DNA of 64,000 bases. Origin: Thermoanaerobaculia bacterium. Lineage in GTDB: Bacteria > Acidobacteriota > Thermoanaerobaculia > UBA5066. Shown one piece after another: positions 40,150 to 49,933 of the stretch. The position numbers and the translations under genes were made by a program. Numbering within the stretch: the stretch's first letter is position 1; every line of letters begins with the position of its first letter. The notes beneath the pieces are model-generated. The model was not told the DNA's origin, made no database searches, and worked only from the letters and a program-made list of their open reading frames with translations. The stretch spans positions 448,001-512,000 of the forward strand of contig CAWFJJ010000025.1 in the NCBI GenBank assembly GCA_963816185.1, given 5' to 3'.

Positions 40150-41118
40150 TCAGGCGTGGAACACGAGCCGCTGCTTGCCGAGTGTGAGCACGTCGCCGTC
40201 CACGAGCTGGACCTTGTCCACCTTCCGACCGTTCACGACGACGCCGTTCTCCGACTCGAGATCGACCACGTAGACGCCGGACGGCCCGACGATCACCTGC
40301 GCGTGCTTGCGCGAGACGTCGGGTGTCGGCAGGTGGATGTCGCTCAGGGCAAGGCGCCCCAGAACGGAGACGCCCGGCTTCAAGGGAAACTCCTTCGCGA
40401 TCCGGTCCCCGTCCAGGAGCGCGAGGCGGGCGCGCGTCAGGACGACGGTGGCCTCCGGAGGCTCGGGCGCCGCCGCCACGGGCGGCCTTCCGAACGGAGG
40501 CGGCGGCTTGATGACGTTCTCGACGGGCTCGGGGGCCGGCGGGGCCGGCGGGGCCGGAGGGGCCGGAGGGGCGGATCGCGCCTGGGGCTGCGGGGCCGGG
40601 GGGGCAGATCGCACGGGGGGCGGTGGGGCCGGAGGAGCAGGTCCCTCGGAGGCTGAGTCGGCGGTCTCGAGATCCTCCTCGGACCGGAAAGCGTCCAGGA
40701 ACGTCGCCTTCATCTGCAAGACCGCCTCGAGATCCTGGCGCTCTTCGGCGAGGTGCTTCTCACAGGCCGTAAGCCGTTCTTTGTAGGCCCCGTCCGGGAA
40801 CTCGCCCAGCTCGCGGCGGAAATCGACCTCCTCCTTATCGAATGACGCGGCCTCGACGGCCTGCTCGACCTCGCGACGCAGGGCCTGAAGCCGCCGGTAT
40901 TCGCGGCGCGCCTGCTCCTTGAGAGGCCGCGACTCCTGGTCGAGCGCCACGCGCCTCGTCTCGTAGTCCTTTCGAACCCGCTCGTACACGGCCGGCGATA
41001 CCTTCTCCGCGCGGAGCTCCATGCTCTTCAGGCGCTCCGCGAGGAGCAGCTCCTCTTTCTTGATACGGACGAGGTCGGCGATGGGGGACAGATCGATCCG
41101 GCTCAGCTCTTCACGCAT
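40150..41118 (-). CDS. Coiled-coil + Pro-rich linker + C-terminal FHA domain protein
   Basis: LGR..SDIHL..VSRKHAQV..DLESENGVVVNG..LVDGDVLTLG; N-terminal charged heptads. Confidence 0.88.
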   Translation of the reverse strand: MREELSRIDLSPIADLVRIKKEELLLAERLKSMELRAEKVSPAVYERVRKDYETRRVALDQESRPLKEQARREYRRLQALRREVEQAVEAASFDKEEVDFRRELGEFPDGAYKERLTACEKHLAEERQDLEAVLQMKATFLDAFRSEEDLETADSASEGPAPPAPPPPVRSAPPAPQPQARSAPPAPPAPPAPPAPEPVENVIKPPPPFGRPPVAAAPEPPEATVVLTRARLALLDGDRIAKEFPLKPGVSVLGRLALSDIHLPTPDVSRKHAQVIVGPSGVYVVDLESENGVVVNGRKVDKVQLVDGDVLTLGKQRLVFHA

Positions 41119-41166
41119 GCTCGCGAATCCCTCGAGTGAATCCCGCGAAAGGGAAGGCGGGAGGCA

Positions 41167-41231
41167 AGTTTAGCAGCCCCGCCGGGGAATCCGGCCCCCG
41201 CGGCCCTTTTCACCCGAGACATGCTTATAAT
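41167..41231. promoter_or_regulatory. Divergent promoter elements between the FHA gene and the MerR gene
   Basis: Minus-strand extended -10 TGcTAAACT (41175-41167); plus-strand perfect TATAAT (41226-41231). Confidence 0.5.
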
Positions 41232-41245
41232 TCGAGAATACACAA

Positions 41246-41734
41246 GTGAAATTCAACCGCCGGATCCTCCAGGCTTCGTTCTCGACCGCGCAGGTCGCCC
41301 GGTTGACCGGGCTCTCCGCACGGCAGCTCGATCATTGGGACCGGCTCGGGTTCTTTTCGCCGTCTCTCGCGAGCGCCAGAGGTTACGGCTCGAGGCGCAG
41401 ATATTCGTTCGGCGACGTCGTGAGGCTCCGCGTCGCGGGCCGGCTGCGCGCCGCCGGGTTCGGACTCAAGGAAGTGCGTCGTGTCGTGGAGACGCTTCGG
41501 CGCCTCGACCCTTCGAAGCCCGACGTCTCCGGCGCGCGTCTCCTGGTCGCGCAGGGGCGGGTCCTGTGGGCCCGGACCGACAGCGAGCTCGTGGATCTCC
41601 TCCACGGCGGCCAGCTCATGCTCGTCTTCCCCGTGGGTGAGACCGTGGAGGACGTCGCGCGCGCGGCGGAGTCTCTCGCGCGCGAAGCGGAGGGCGGCCT
41701 CGCGGGCGCCGTCTCGGCCCGGCGCCAAGCCTGA
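41246..41734 (+). CDS. MerR-family transcriptional regulator
   Basis: FSTAQVARLTGLSARQLDHWDRLG..GSRRRYSFGDVVRLRV..LRAAGFGLKEVR. Confidence 0.9.
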   Translation: MKFNRRILQASFSTAQVARLTGLSARQLDHWDRLGFFSPSLASARGYGSRRRYSFGDVVRLRVAGRLRAAGFGLKEVRRVVETLRRLDPSKPDVSGARLLVAQGRVLWARTDSELVDLLHGGQLMLVFPVGETVEDVARAAESLAREAEGGLAGAVSARRQA

Positions 41735-41738
41735 ACGA

Positions 41739-42839
41739 ATGCTGCCAGAAGAAGATCTCTCCGCCCGGGTATTCCGGCTGGCTCGTCTCGGGCGCGCCCG
41801 GGGCTTTTCGCGCGAGCGCTTCGAGCGCGCTCTCGCCGCGGCGAGCGTGGGCATCACGCGCAGCGAGCTCCTTCGCCTTCTCCTCGTGGAGTGGATCGGC
41901 GTGACGGCTCCCCTGGGCGACGTGCCGGCGCTCTGGGCGCGCGTCGAGCGCGCGTTCGAGAGGATGGAGAGCGCGCTCGGGCCGCCCGTGTCGCTCCAGA
42001 CGGCGCTGCTCCACGAGTTTCACAGCCGGCTCGGAAAGCTGCGGCAGCCGCGCCTCCTGTCCGACAACGAGATTTCGGCGCTTCGCGTGAACGCGATCAC
42101 GGACCCGCTCACTGGTCTTTACAACCGCCGCTTCCTGCACGACCACCTCGACCGCGAGGTCTCGCGTGCCGAGCGCGCGGGCGGAGTCGTCTCGGTTCTC
42201 ATGATGGATCTCGCGGGCTTCAAGTCCATCAACGACAGGCTCGGGCACCCGGTGGGTGACGGCGTTCTCGTGCGCACGGCGAAGGTCATTCGCGAGTCGC
42301 TGCGCGTGGTGGACGCCGGCTGCCGGTACGGCGGCGACGAGTTCGTGACGGTGCTTCCGAACAGCGACGTCGTGAACAGCCTCGCCGTCGCCGAGCGTAT
42401 CCGTCACAAAGTGGCGGGCATCCGGCTTCCCCTTCGCGTCGGCCTCAAGGTGGGCCTCAACTACGGGGTTGCGACGTTCCCGACGGACGGCCGCCTCCTC
42501 GATTTTCTCCTCAAGATCAGCGACATCCGCCTTTACGCGGCGAAGCGCCAGAACGCGAAGCCGTTCGAGAGGACGCGGCGCTTTCCGCGCTTTTGCGTAC
42601 CCGGCCTGACGTTGAAGATGGGCGGCAACGGCGCGCGCCAGGGCGCGCTCGCGGAAGTGCACGACATCTCTTACGGCGGGCTCGCCTTCGTCACGCCCCG
42701 GGAAAAGGCGCCCGACCGGCTCGAAGGCGAGATCCTGCAGCGGTACAGCGGCGAGCCGCATCGCGTGGCGATGCGGAGGGTGAACACGGTCCCCCTTTCC
42801 GACGGCCGCCTGCGAGTCGGCTGTGCCTATGTGCACTGA
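41739..42839 (+). CDS. Diguanylate cyclase (GGDEF) with C-terminal PilZ domain
   Basis: DPLTGLYNRR, FKSINDRLGH, RVVD (I-site)-AGCRY-GGDEF; PilZ motifs RRFPR and DISYGG. Confidence 0.9.
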   Translation: MLPEEDLSARVFRLARLGRARGFSRERFERALAAASVGITRSELLRLLLVEWIGVTAPLGDVPALWARVERAFERMESALGPPVSLQTALLHEFHSRLGKLRQPRLLSDNEISALRVNAITDPLTGLYNRRFLHDHLDREVSRAERAGGVVSVLMMDLAGFKSINDRLGHPVGDGVLVRTAKVIRESLRVVDAGCRYGGDEFVTVLPNSDVVNSLAVAERIRHKVAGIRLPLRVGLKVGLNYGVATFPTDGRLLDFLLKISDIRLYAAKRQNAKPFERTRRFPRFCVPGLTLKMGGNGARQGALAEVHDISYGGLAFVTPREKAPDRLEGEILQRYSGEPHRVAMRRVNTVPLSDGRLRVGCAYVH

Positions 42840-42874
42840 CCGTCTTTTGTCGGGAGCGTGCCCGTGAAGGATTC

Positions 42875-44207
42875 ATGGAGACGGGTGCAATCAGCGGCAG
42901 CGCGCACGCGTCCCCGGAGGCCGATCTGGACGGGCGCCCGCCGCTGAGCGCCGCCGCACGGGCCGGTCTTTTCGGGCCGGCCCTCCTGTCCCTGTCCCTC
43001 CTCGTCCTGCTCGCCTCGGGAGCCGTCGCGTCCGCCGACGTGCCGCTCGTCGCGGCTCTCGCGGCTTCCGCGGTGTTCGCAGGAGGGCTCCTCGCCACCT
43101 CTCTCGCAGCGCGGCTCCTGGGCCCGTTCGCCGCGCCGCTCCGCCTTCTCGTGCCGCTTTGCCTCGCGCTCGTCGCGCTCGCGAGGACGGGCGGCCCCTC
43201 GAGCGACCTCTTCCCGCTCCTCCTGGTGCTCGTCGCGGTCGAAACGGCGATCTCGCGTGAGGGCGGGCGCTTCCTCCTCGTGGGCACGTATGCAGGCCTG
43301 GTCCTCCTCGTCGTCCTCTTCCCGGCGCCCACGGCCGCGGCGGCGCGGTCGCTCGCGCTGCGTTTTCTCTGGCCGGCCGCGGCGGCCTTCGGAGTCGAGC
43401 TCGTGCTCCGCGGAACGGCGCCCGGGCGGAATAGCGGCGCTCAGGATGCGCCCGCGCCCGTCCGGCAGGTCGTCGAGAGCGCACCCGCGAGCGCCGCGTC
43501 CGTTCGCGATCATGCGGAGCGAGATCCTTCACGACCTGAAGTCGCCGCTCACCGTCCTTCGCGTTTACGGCGACCTCGTGGCCGAGGCGGCGCGGCGCGG
43601 CGAGCTGCCCTCTGAAGCGCACCTCGCGGGCCTCGCACGCGAGCTGACGCTCATGGAGACCCTCGCCGGCATGCCGCCGCGCGCGCCGGCCTCCGCGCCG
43701 GGCGCGTCCCCGGCCGGCCCGCCCGCCCCTCCGGTCCTCCCGCGCTCCGATCTCGTGCGCGTGCTCGCGACTCTCGTCGAGTCGTACCGGCTCGCCCACG
43801 GCGAAAGGGTGCGCCTCGAGTTCGTCGCCGAGGGCGCGGAGATCCCCGTCGCCGCGGATCCCGTCGCGCTCCAGCGCGCGTTCCGCAACGTGCTCGACAA
43901 CGCGGTCAAGTACACGCCCGCGGGCGGACAGGTCCGCGTGAGGGCGAGCGTCGTCGCACAGCACGCGTTCGTCGTGATCAGCGACACGGGCGCCGGGATG
44001 ACGCCGGAGGAGCAGAAGCATGCGTTCACGTTCGCCTGGCGGAGCCCGTCCGCATCGGCTTCCGGCGTGCCGGGGCGGGGAATCGGCCTCGGCGTGACGA
44101 AAGATCTGCTCGAGAAGAACGGCGGGAAGATTTCGCTCCTCTCCGAGCCCGGCCACGGCCTCGAGGTCACGATCATGTTTCCCGTCGCCCGCGAGGCCGG
44201 GGCGTGA
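42875..44207 (+). CDS. Membrane sensor histidine kinase; frameshift near 43510
   Basis: Multi-TM N-term (frame of 42593..43615); second frame ILHDLKSPLT (H box), NVLDNAVKY, DTGAG, GRGIGL. Confidence 0.85.
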
Positions 44208-44593
44208 GCACGCGCATCTTCGTCGTGGATGACGACCCGGCGATGATCGAGGCGGTGGCCGCGGTCCTGTCGCTCGACGGCTTCGACGTGGACGGAGCGA
44301 GCGACGGCGCCTCGGCGCTCCGGGCCGTCCTCCAGGACCCGCCGGCGCTCCTGATCCTCGACGTCGGCATGCCCGGGCTCAGCGGCTGGGAGCTGTGCGA
44401 GATCATGCGCCGCCAGCCCATGACCCGCGACCTGCCCATCCTCTTTCTGACGGGGCGGGGCGAGGTGCGCGACCGGATCACCGCGATGCAGGTCGGCGGA
44501 ACCGATCACCTGACGAAGCCGTTTCGGGCCGAGGAGCTGCGGGCGCGCGTGCGTGCCCTGACGGTCCAGGTGCCTGGAAAAGGAGCATCATGA
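44204..44593 (+). CDS. Single-domain response regulator receiver
   Basis: VVDDD, ILDVGMPGLSG, FLTG, TKPF. Confidence 0.92.
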   Translation: MSTRIFVVDDDPAMIEAVAAVLSLDGFDVDGASDGASALRAVLQDPPALLILDVGMPGLSGWELCEIMRRQPMTRDLPILFLTGRGEVRDRITAMQVGGTDHLTKPFRAEELRARVRALTVQVPGKGAS

Positions 44594-45942
44594 CGAAAGT
44601 GCCTCGCACGGATTCCCTGAAGCTCGTCGCGGAGCGATCGCCTGTCGACGTGCCCGAGATCGAGAGGTTGCGTCTCGAGTCGCTGCTCCACGACGCCGTC
44701 ACGGGCTTGACGCTGCATCCTTTCGCCGACCTCAAGGGAGAGCGCGTCGCGAATCTCGGAGTCATCTACATCCAGCTCGGGCGCTTCGCGGGCGTCGAGA
44801 GTCTTTACGGATGGGAGCTCTACGACCGGATCCTGCGCGTGACGTCGGCGAGCCTTCGCGAGGACATCACGGCCTCGCCTCTCGCCCCGGGCCTTCTCGC
44901 GATGTCCTTCAACGGCTCCGACGGCGTCTTTCTTCTCTTCGACGTCGCGCGGCGCGCTCCCGGACGGCACGGCGTCACGCTGGAGGCGGAGGCCGCGCGT
45001 CTCCGCCAGGGCGTCGGGCGCCGCCTGAAGCAGGCGCTCGGACGCTCCGCCGTCGACCTCATGCACATTCACGCGACTGCGCTCGTGGTTCCCGACGATC
45101 CGCGCGTGCGGCCGTCACGGCAGGTCATGCGCGCGCTCGCAGAGGCGGCGCGGCTCGCCGACGCGCGCGAAAGCGGCGAGAAGAAGTCGTTCGTCGAGAG
45201 GCTCAAGACCCTCCTGTCCGCGAAGAAGCTGCGCGCGGTCTTCCAGCCCATCGTCGGCGTGACGTCGGGCGAGGTCCTCGGCTACGAGGCGCTCATTCGG
45301 GGGCCGGCGGGCCACGAGCTCGAGATGCCCGACGAGCTCTTCGCGGTGGCGCGTGAGGGAGACCTCCTCCTCGAGCTCGAGAGCCTCTGTGTCGAGACGG
45401 TCTTCTCGTCGCTTCCCAGGGCCGCGCGAAAGAAACGCCTCTTCGTGAACGCGTCGGCGCGCCTTCTCACGCACTCCGTGTTCCTCGACGACCGCAATCT
45501 CGCCGAGATGGGCCGGGTCCACGGGGACATCGTTCTCGAGCTCTCGGAGAAGGAGGTCGTCTTCAATTACCCGGCGTTTCGCGAGGTCGTCGGGCGGCTG
45601 CGGGCGTCCGGCTTCGGGTTCGCGATCGACGACGCGGGCTCGGGCTACTCGGGCCTCGAGTCCATCGTGCAGCTCCGGCCGGAGTACGTGAAGGTGGCTC
45701 ACACGCTCGTCGCGGGCCTCGACAAGGACCGGATCAAGCGCGAGATCGTGGGGTCGCTCGCGTCACTCGGCGAGCGCATCGACGCGGAGCTGATCGCCGA
45801 GGGCATCGAGAGGCGTGGCGAGCTGGAGAGCCTTCGTAGCCTCGGCGTCCCGTGGGGACAGGGCTTCCTTCTCGGGCGTCCCGCCGCCCGCCCGGTCGTG
45901 ACGCGTCCGGGGGCGCGCGGCGCCGGCGAGGACGTCTGCTAA
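44590..45942 (+). CDS. EAL c-di-GMP phosphodiesterase with degenerate N-terminal GGDEF-like region
   Basis: FQPIV..YEALIR, FVN, ELSE, IDDAGSGYSGL, EGIE, QGFLLGRP; N-term DAVTGL..YGWELYDRIL..NGSDGV. Confidence 0.9.
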   Translation: MTKVPRTDSLKLVAERSPVDVPEIERLRLESLLHDAVTGLTLHPFADLKGERVANLGVIYIQLGRFAGVESLYGWELYDRILRVTSASLREDITASPLAPGLLAMSFNGSDGVFLLFDVARRAPGRHGVTLEAEAARLRQGVGRRLKQALGRSAVDLMHIHATALVVPDDPRVRPSRQVMRALAEAARLADARESGEKKSFVERLKTLLSAKKLRAVFQPIVGVTSGEVLGYEALIRGPAGHELEMPDELFAVAREGDLLLELESLCVETVFSSLPRAARKKRLFVNASARLLTHSVFLDDRNLAEMGRVHGDIVLELSEKEVVFNYPAFREVVGRLRASGFGFAIDDAGSGYSGLESIVQLRPEYVKVAHTLVAGLDKDRIKREIVGSLASLGERIDAELIAEGIERRGELESLRSLGVPWGQGFLLGRPAARPVVTRPGARGAGEDVC

Positions 45943-45970
45943 AGTCCCCCCGCCCTCCGGGCTCCCACGC

Positions 45971-46753
45971 GTGACCTCGTTCGACAGATTCCTCCTTTTC
46001 GGCGCTGGCCTGCCGCTCATCATCGCCATCGTCTTCGTGGCCGACCGGAGGGGCGCCTTCCGGCGCGATCTCTTCTCGTCTGCGTGGAGAAAGCGCCTCG
46101 CTCTCCTCCTCCTCGCCCTCGTCCTCGTCGCGACAACACTTCTCCCCGCCGCGGCCGGAGGCCGAGAGCCGGACATCTCGTCCCTGCGCTTCTCGCAGGT
46201 GTTCGCCGTGCAGGCGCTCCTCGCGGTCTTCCTCCTCTCGTGGTGGCTTCTCAGCGGAAGGCCGTCCCCGGCCTCGTTCCTCGGGCTCGACTCGAAACGT
46301 CCGCTTGCCGAGGCCGGAACGGGCGTCGCCCTCGGCCTCATCGGCTGGACGCTCACGATCGTCGTCGGGCTGGGCGCGGCTCTTCTCTTCCATGCCTTCG
46401 ATTACGAGCCTCACCACGCGGTGCCGCCGCTCGTGAGCTGGCTGGCCTCGCGCCCGGCGGAGCAGCGCGGTCTTCTCGTCGTGATGGCGATGACGCTCGA
46501 GGAGTTCCATTTCCGGTCGTTCCTCCAGCGCCGCCTGGGGGCGGTCCCCGCCTCGGTGTTCTTCCTGCTCGCGCACGCCGGCTATGGCGAGCCGTTCTTC
46601 TTCGTGGGCCTGCTCGCGATCACGACGGTTCTCGCCGTGGCCTTCGCGAAGACCGGGAATGCCGTCGCGTCGATCGTCGCTCACGGCACCTTCGACGCGA
46701 TTCAGCTCTTCATTTTCCTTCCGGCGGCGCTGAGGCTGCTCGCGGGGAGCTGA
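45971..46753 (+). CDS. CPBP (CAAX/Abi) intramembrane glutamic protease
   Basis: EEFHFR, FFLLAH, IVAHGTFD; multiple TM helices. Confidence 0.88.
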   Translation: MTSFDRFLLFGAGLPLIIAIVFVADRRGAFRRDLFSSAWRKRLALLLLALVLVATTLLPAAAGGREPDISSLRFSQVFAVQALLAVFLLSWWLLSGRPSPASFLGLDSKRPLAEAGTGVALGLIGWTLTIVVGLGAALLFHAFDYEPHHAVPPLVSWLASRPAEQRGLLVVMAMTLEEFHFRSFLQRRLGAVPASVFFLLAHAGYGEPFFFVGLLAITTVLAVAFAKTGNAVASIVAHGTFDAIQLFIFLPAALRLLAGS

Positions 46754-48098
46754 CCGTCCGGTCCAGGGCGGGAGTCCCCGTCATGCGGCCACGGACGACC
46801 TCGACGCGGTCGGCCATGGCCGTCACGTTGGCGGCTCTCCGGCCATCCGGCCGCACGTAAAGCTGCTCGAGCGCCGCCGCGATGCGCTTCGCGGCGGCCG
46901 GCGAGGTCACCCGCATGCGCCAGACGAAGCCGACCGGGAGCGGCCCTGCGCCCAGCGACACCTTCGGCTCGAAAAAGACGATGCGGTCGTCCTGCCAGTC
47001 GGCGGCGAGCGCCGCGGCGTTCGCGGCACCGGCGCGCTCGAGGAGCTCGCGGAGCATCCATTCTCCGAACGTATCCTCGTAGAGAAGACGCATTCCGTGC
47101 GGGACGCTTGCCGCCGACGGACGGTCGCCGGGGTCGAGGATGACGCGCGTGGTGCCGTCCCTGTCCGGGTGGAGGATCTCGGAGGTCGTGCGGGGCAGCC
47201 GGGCGTACGCCGCGTCCACGGCGGGCCAGCCGCCGGCCTTCTTCTTCGCCTGGATCCACGCCGTTCCCCCCACGTACGGGAAGAGCATCTCCTTGACGAA
47301 GAAAGGCGGCACACCCTCGGCACCCTCGATGGTCGCACCCGCGGCGAGGCCGGACATCATCGTCGTGAGGGTTTCGGCGCCGACGAGCCCCTTCGCCTCG
47401 TCCGGCAATCGCGTGAGGAGCGCGTCCACCATCACGACGGTCGCCTCGCCTTCGAGGAAGGCTTCGAACGCGAGCAGGCCGTCGGAGGAGTCGTGGAGCG
47501 CCTTGAGCCGCGGGACGAGATCGAGGCGGCGGTCCTGCAGCGCGTGCGTCAGCTCGTGAGCCAGGAGGGTGTCTTCGAGCAGGGCCTCCCCCGAGAGGCC
47601 CAGCTCGGGGACTTCCGCCGCCGTTTCGGCCGTGCGTTCGGGCACGATGAAGAACTTCTTCTCGGCGGGGTCGTAGAAGCCGGCGACCTGGCGTGTGTAG
47701 AGATTCGTGAGCTTCTGCTCGAGGAGAGGTTCCGGGTCGAAGAAGCCGACGGCCGCCAGGGAGGCCGCATACCTCGGGAATGGCGCGGGCAGGTCCTCGA
47801 GGAGCTTCTTGCCGAGAACCCGGCGAAGGTCCTTCTCGGGGAGGATCGCCGACGCCACTTTTCCCGGGAAGGGCACGCCCCGGACTTTCTCGACGAGCTT
47901 CTGGGCGCTGGCCACCGCCTCCGGAAGGCGCTCGGCGATCGGGCGACCGGCCGAGTCGGGCGCGGCCGCGGCGGTCGCCACGACCGCCGCGAGGACCGTT
48001 GCGAGGAGTCGGAGGCCGCGGCGCCGGATCGATGGACGGCCCGCGCGGCGCTCGCGTATCATGCGCCCGCGTTTCGGGATGAGTGTGGAGGGAAACAT
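46710..48098 (-). CDS. Exported zinc-metallopeptidase-like protein (start 48098 or 48062)
   Basis: Signal peptide; VAGFYDP, LAHELTHALQD, LEGEAT, FPYVGG, PRTTSEILHP; extended -10 TGcTAAGCT at 48117-48109. Confidence 0.75.
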   Translation of the reverse strand: MFPSTLIPKRGRMIRERRAGRPSIRRRGLRLLATVLAAVVATAAAAPDSAGRPIAERLPEAVASAQKLVEKVRGVPFPGKVASAILPEKDLRRVLGKKLLEDLPAPFPRYAASLAAVGFFDPEPLLEQKLTNLYTRQVAGFYDPAEKKFFIVPERTAETAAEVPELGLSGEALLEDTLLAHELTHALQDRRLDLVPRLKALHDSSDGLLAFEAFLEGEATVVMVDALLTRLPDEAKGLVGAETLTTMMSGLAAGATIEGAEGVPPFFVKEMLFPYVGGTAWIQAKKKAGGWPAVDAAYARLPRTTSEILHPDRDGTTRVILDPGDRPSAASVPHGMRLLYEDTFGEWMLRELLERAGAANAAALAADWQDDRIVFFEPKVSLGAGPLPVGFVWRMRVTSPAAAKRIAAALEQLYVRPDGRRAANVTAMADRVEVVRGRMTGTPALDRTVSSPRAASAPPEGK

Positions 48099-48140
48099 CG
48101 GAGCGGCGAGCTTAGCAGCGCGTCTCCTCGTTCATCGGCG

Positions 48141-48605
48141 ATGACTGAATCGTCCGCCGCTTCGCCGGGGCCCATCGTCCTCTGGCTCTCGAGCCGGTAC
48201 GAGAATCTCGAGCTCGGCCAGGCGGTGCTCGAGTACGTATGCCGGCTGCGCGGGATCGAGAACGACGCCGAGCACTGGATCGGGGTCGCGCTGCGCGAGG
48301 CGCTCGCGAACGCGATCAAGCACGGCAACCGCCAGGATCCTTCCCGGCGCGTGATGCTCTCGCTCGGCGGCTCCGAAAGCAGCCTCGAGATCGTCGTCGG
48401 CGACGAGGGAGAAGGGTTCGACGCGACCGACGTCGCGGATCCGCTCGCGCCGGAAAACCAGATGAAGACGTCGGGACGCGGCATCTTCTACATGAAGACG
48501 TTCATGGACGACGTGACGTTCGCGCGTGGCGAGCGCGGTGGCACGATACTCACGATGAGAAAGCACTTCAATTCCGATCAGAAGAAGGGAGCGCAAACGC
48601 GATGA
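48141..48605 (+). CDS. RsbW-like anti-sigma factor / Ser kinase (HATPase_c_2)
   Basis: REALANAIKHGN, DEGEGFD, SGRGIFYMKTFMDDV. Confidence 0.92.
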   Translation: MTESSAASPGPIVLWLSSRYENLELGQAVLEYVCRLRGIENDAEHWIGVALREALANAIKHGNRQDPSRRVMLSLGGSESSLEIVVGDEGEGFDATDVADPLAPENQMKTSGRGIFYMKTFMDDVTFARGERGGTILTMRKHFNSDQKKGAQTR

Positions 48606-48943
48606 AGACCACGGTAAGCATGCGCGACGTCGGCGACGTCAAGATCGTCGAGCTGCACGGCAAGATCACGATCGGGGCGGGCGACCTGCAGATGCGGGAA
48701 GCGATTCACACCGCCATCAAAGGCGGCTCGACCAAGCTTCTCGTCGACATGAAGGACGTCTCGACGATCGACTCGTCGGGCATCGGAGAGCTCGTGGGCT
48801 GCTACACGACGGCGACGCACAAGGGGGCGAAGCTGAAGCTCGTGAACCTCCCGCCCAAGATCAGCGACGTCCTCACGGTGACGCAGCTCATCACCGTGTT
48901 CGACGTCTTCACGAACGAGAAGGACGCGCTCGCGAGCTTCTGA
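48602..48943 (+). CDS. STAS-domain anti-anti-sigma factor (RsbV-like)
   Basis: VSTIDSSGIGELV phospho-Ser motif; ATGA overlap with the RsbW-like gene. Confidence 0.93.
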   Translation: MKTTVSMRDVGDVKIVELHGKITIGAGDLQMREAIHTAIKGGSTKLLVDMKDVSTIDSSGIGELVGCYTTATHKGAKLKLVNLPPKISDVLTVTQLITVFDVFTNEKDALASF

Positions 48944-48982
48944 TGGCTCCTCGGGAGGCGCGGCGTCCGGTCCCCCGTCCGA

Positions 48983-49909
48983 TTGAGAGTCGTGGCCGCG
49001 CCTCCTGAGCCTTCCGCGCTTTCGCGCCTTCTCGGCGAGGTGCGTGCCGCGGTAGACGCGCGCCTCCCGACGCTCCTCGCGGCGGACGCGCCGGCGAGAG
49101 ATCCCGGCGATCCGCTTCCCTCCGCCGCGCGCGACGCGCTCCTTTCGCCGGGAAAGCGCGTGAGGCCGGTGCTCGTCGTCCTTTCGGGCGACCTGTTCGG
49201 AGTGCCCCGCACGCGCCTCGTGGACGCGGGCTGCGCGATCGAGATGGTGCACGCGGCCTCCCTCGTCCTCGACGATCTGCCCTCGATGGACGACGCCACG
49301 CTCCGGCGCGGAAAACCGGCGCTGCACATGACTCACGGCGAGGCGAACGCGATCCTCGCCGCGGTGACCCTCCTCACGCGGGCCTTCGGCCTCATCGCCG
49401 AGGCCGGCCTCCACCCGAGGCGAGGCGGCCTCCCGTCCTCGGCTGCGCTCGACCTCGTCTCGCGCCTCGCGGACGCCTCGGGGCTGGCGGGGCTCGCGTC
49501 GGGCCAGGCTTTGGACCTTGCGACCGACGCGGCCTCCGCCACGTTCGACCGTCTCGAGACGATCCACGCGCGCAAGACGGGCGCGCTCTTCGTCGCGTCG
49601 GCCGAGTTCGGCGCCGTGCTCGGCGGCGCGCGCGAGAAGGAGCTCGCGGCCGTGCGCTCGTACGCGCGCAATGTCGGCCTCGCGTTCCAGATCGTGGACG
49701 ACCTCCTCGAGCAGGCCCCTGCCGCCGAGTCCGGCAAGAGCTCGCGCCGAGCGCCCGCACCCACGTTCGTGCGCCATGTCGGCGTCGACGGCGCCCGCGC
49801 TCTCGTCGCCGAGCTGACGCAGCACGCCGTCGACTCGCTCGCGCCGTTCGGGAAGAAGGCGGACCTTCTGCGCGAGTTCGCGGTGATGCTGAGAGACCGG
49901 AAGAATTAG
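48983..49909 (+). CDS. Polyprenyl (geranylgeranyl/farnesyl) diphosphate synthase; start uncertain
   Basis: GKRVRP, EMVHAASLVLDDLPSMD..LRRGKP, GQALDL, KTGALF, GLAFQIVDDLLE. Confidence 0.92.
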   Translation: MRVVAAPPEPSALSRLLGEVRAAVDARLPTLLAADAPARDPGDPLPSAARDALLSPGKRVRPVLVVLSGDLFGVPRTRLVDAGCAIEMVHAASLVLDDLPSMDDATLRRGKPALHMTHGEANAILAAVTLLTRAFGLIAEAGLHPRRGGLPSSAALDLVSRLADASGLAGLASGQALDLATDAASATFDRLETIHARKTGALFVASAEFGAVLGGAREKELAAVRSYARNVGLAFQIVDDLLEQAPAAESGKSSRRAPAPTFVRHVGVDGARALVAELTQHAVDSLAPFGKKADLLREFAVMLRDRKN

Positions 49910-49933
49910 CGTTGCGGTAACGTCGCAGGCTGC

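Noticed and set aside
40525-40640. GGGGCCGG-type short repeats / G-rich tract
   Set aside because: Explained by the PPAPPA linker codons of the FHA protein.
45971-46753. CPBP/Abi protein as a phage-defence or bacteriocin-immunity gene
   Set aside because: A common family, and no defence or bacteriocin genes are adjacent.
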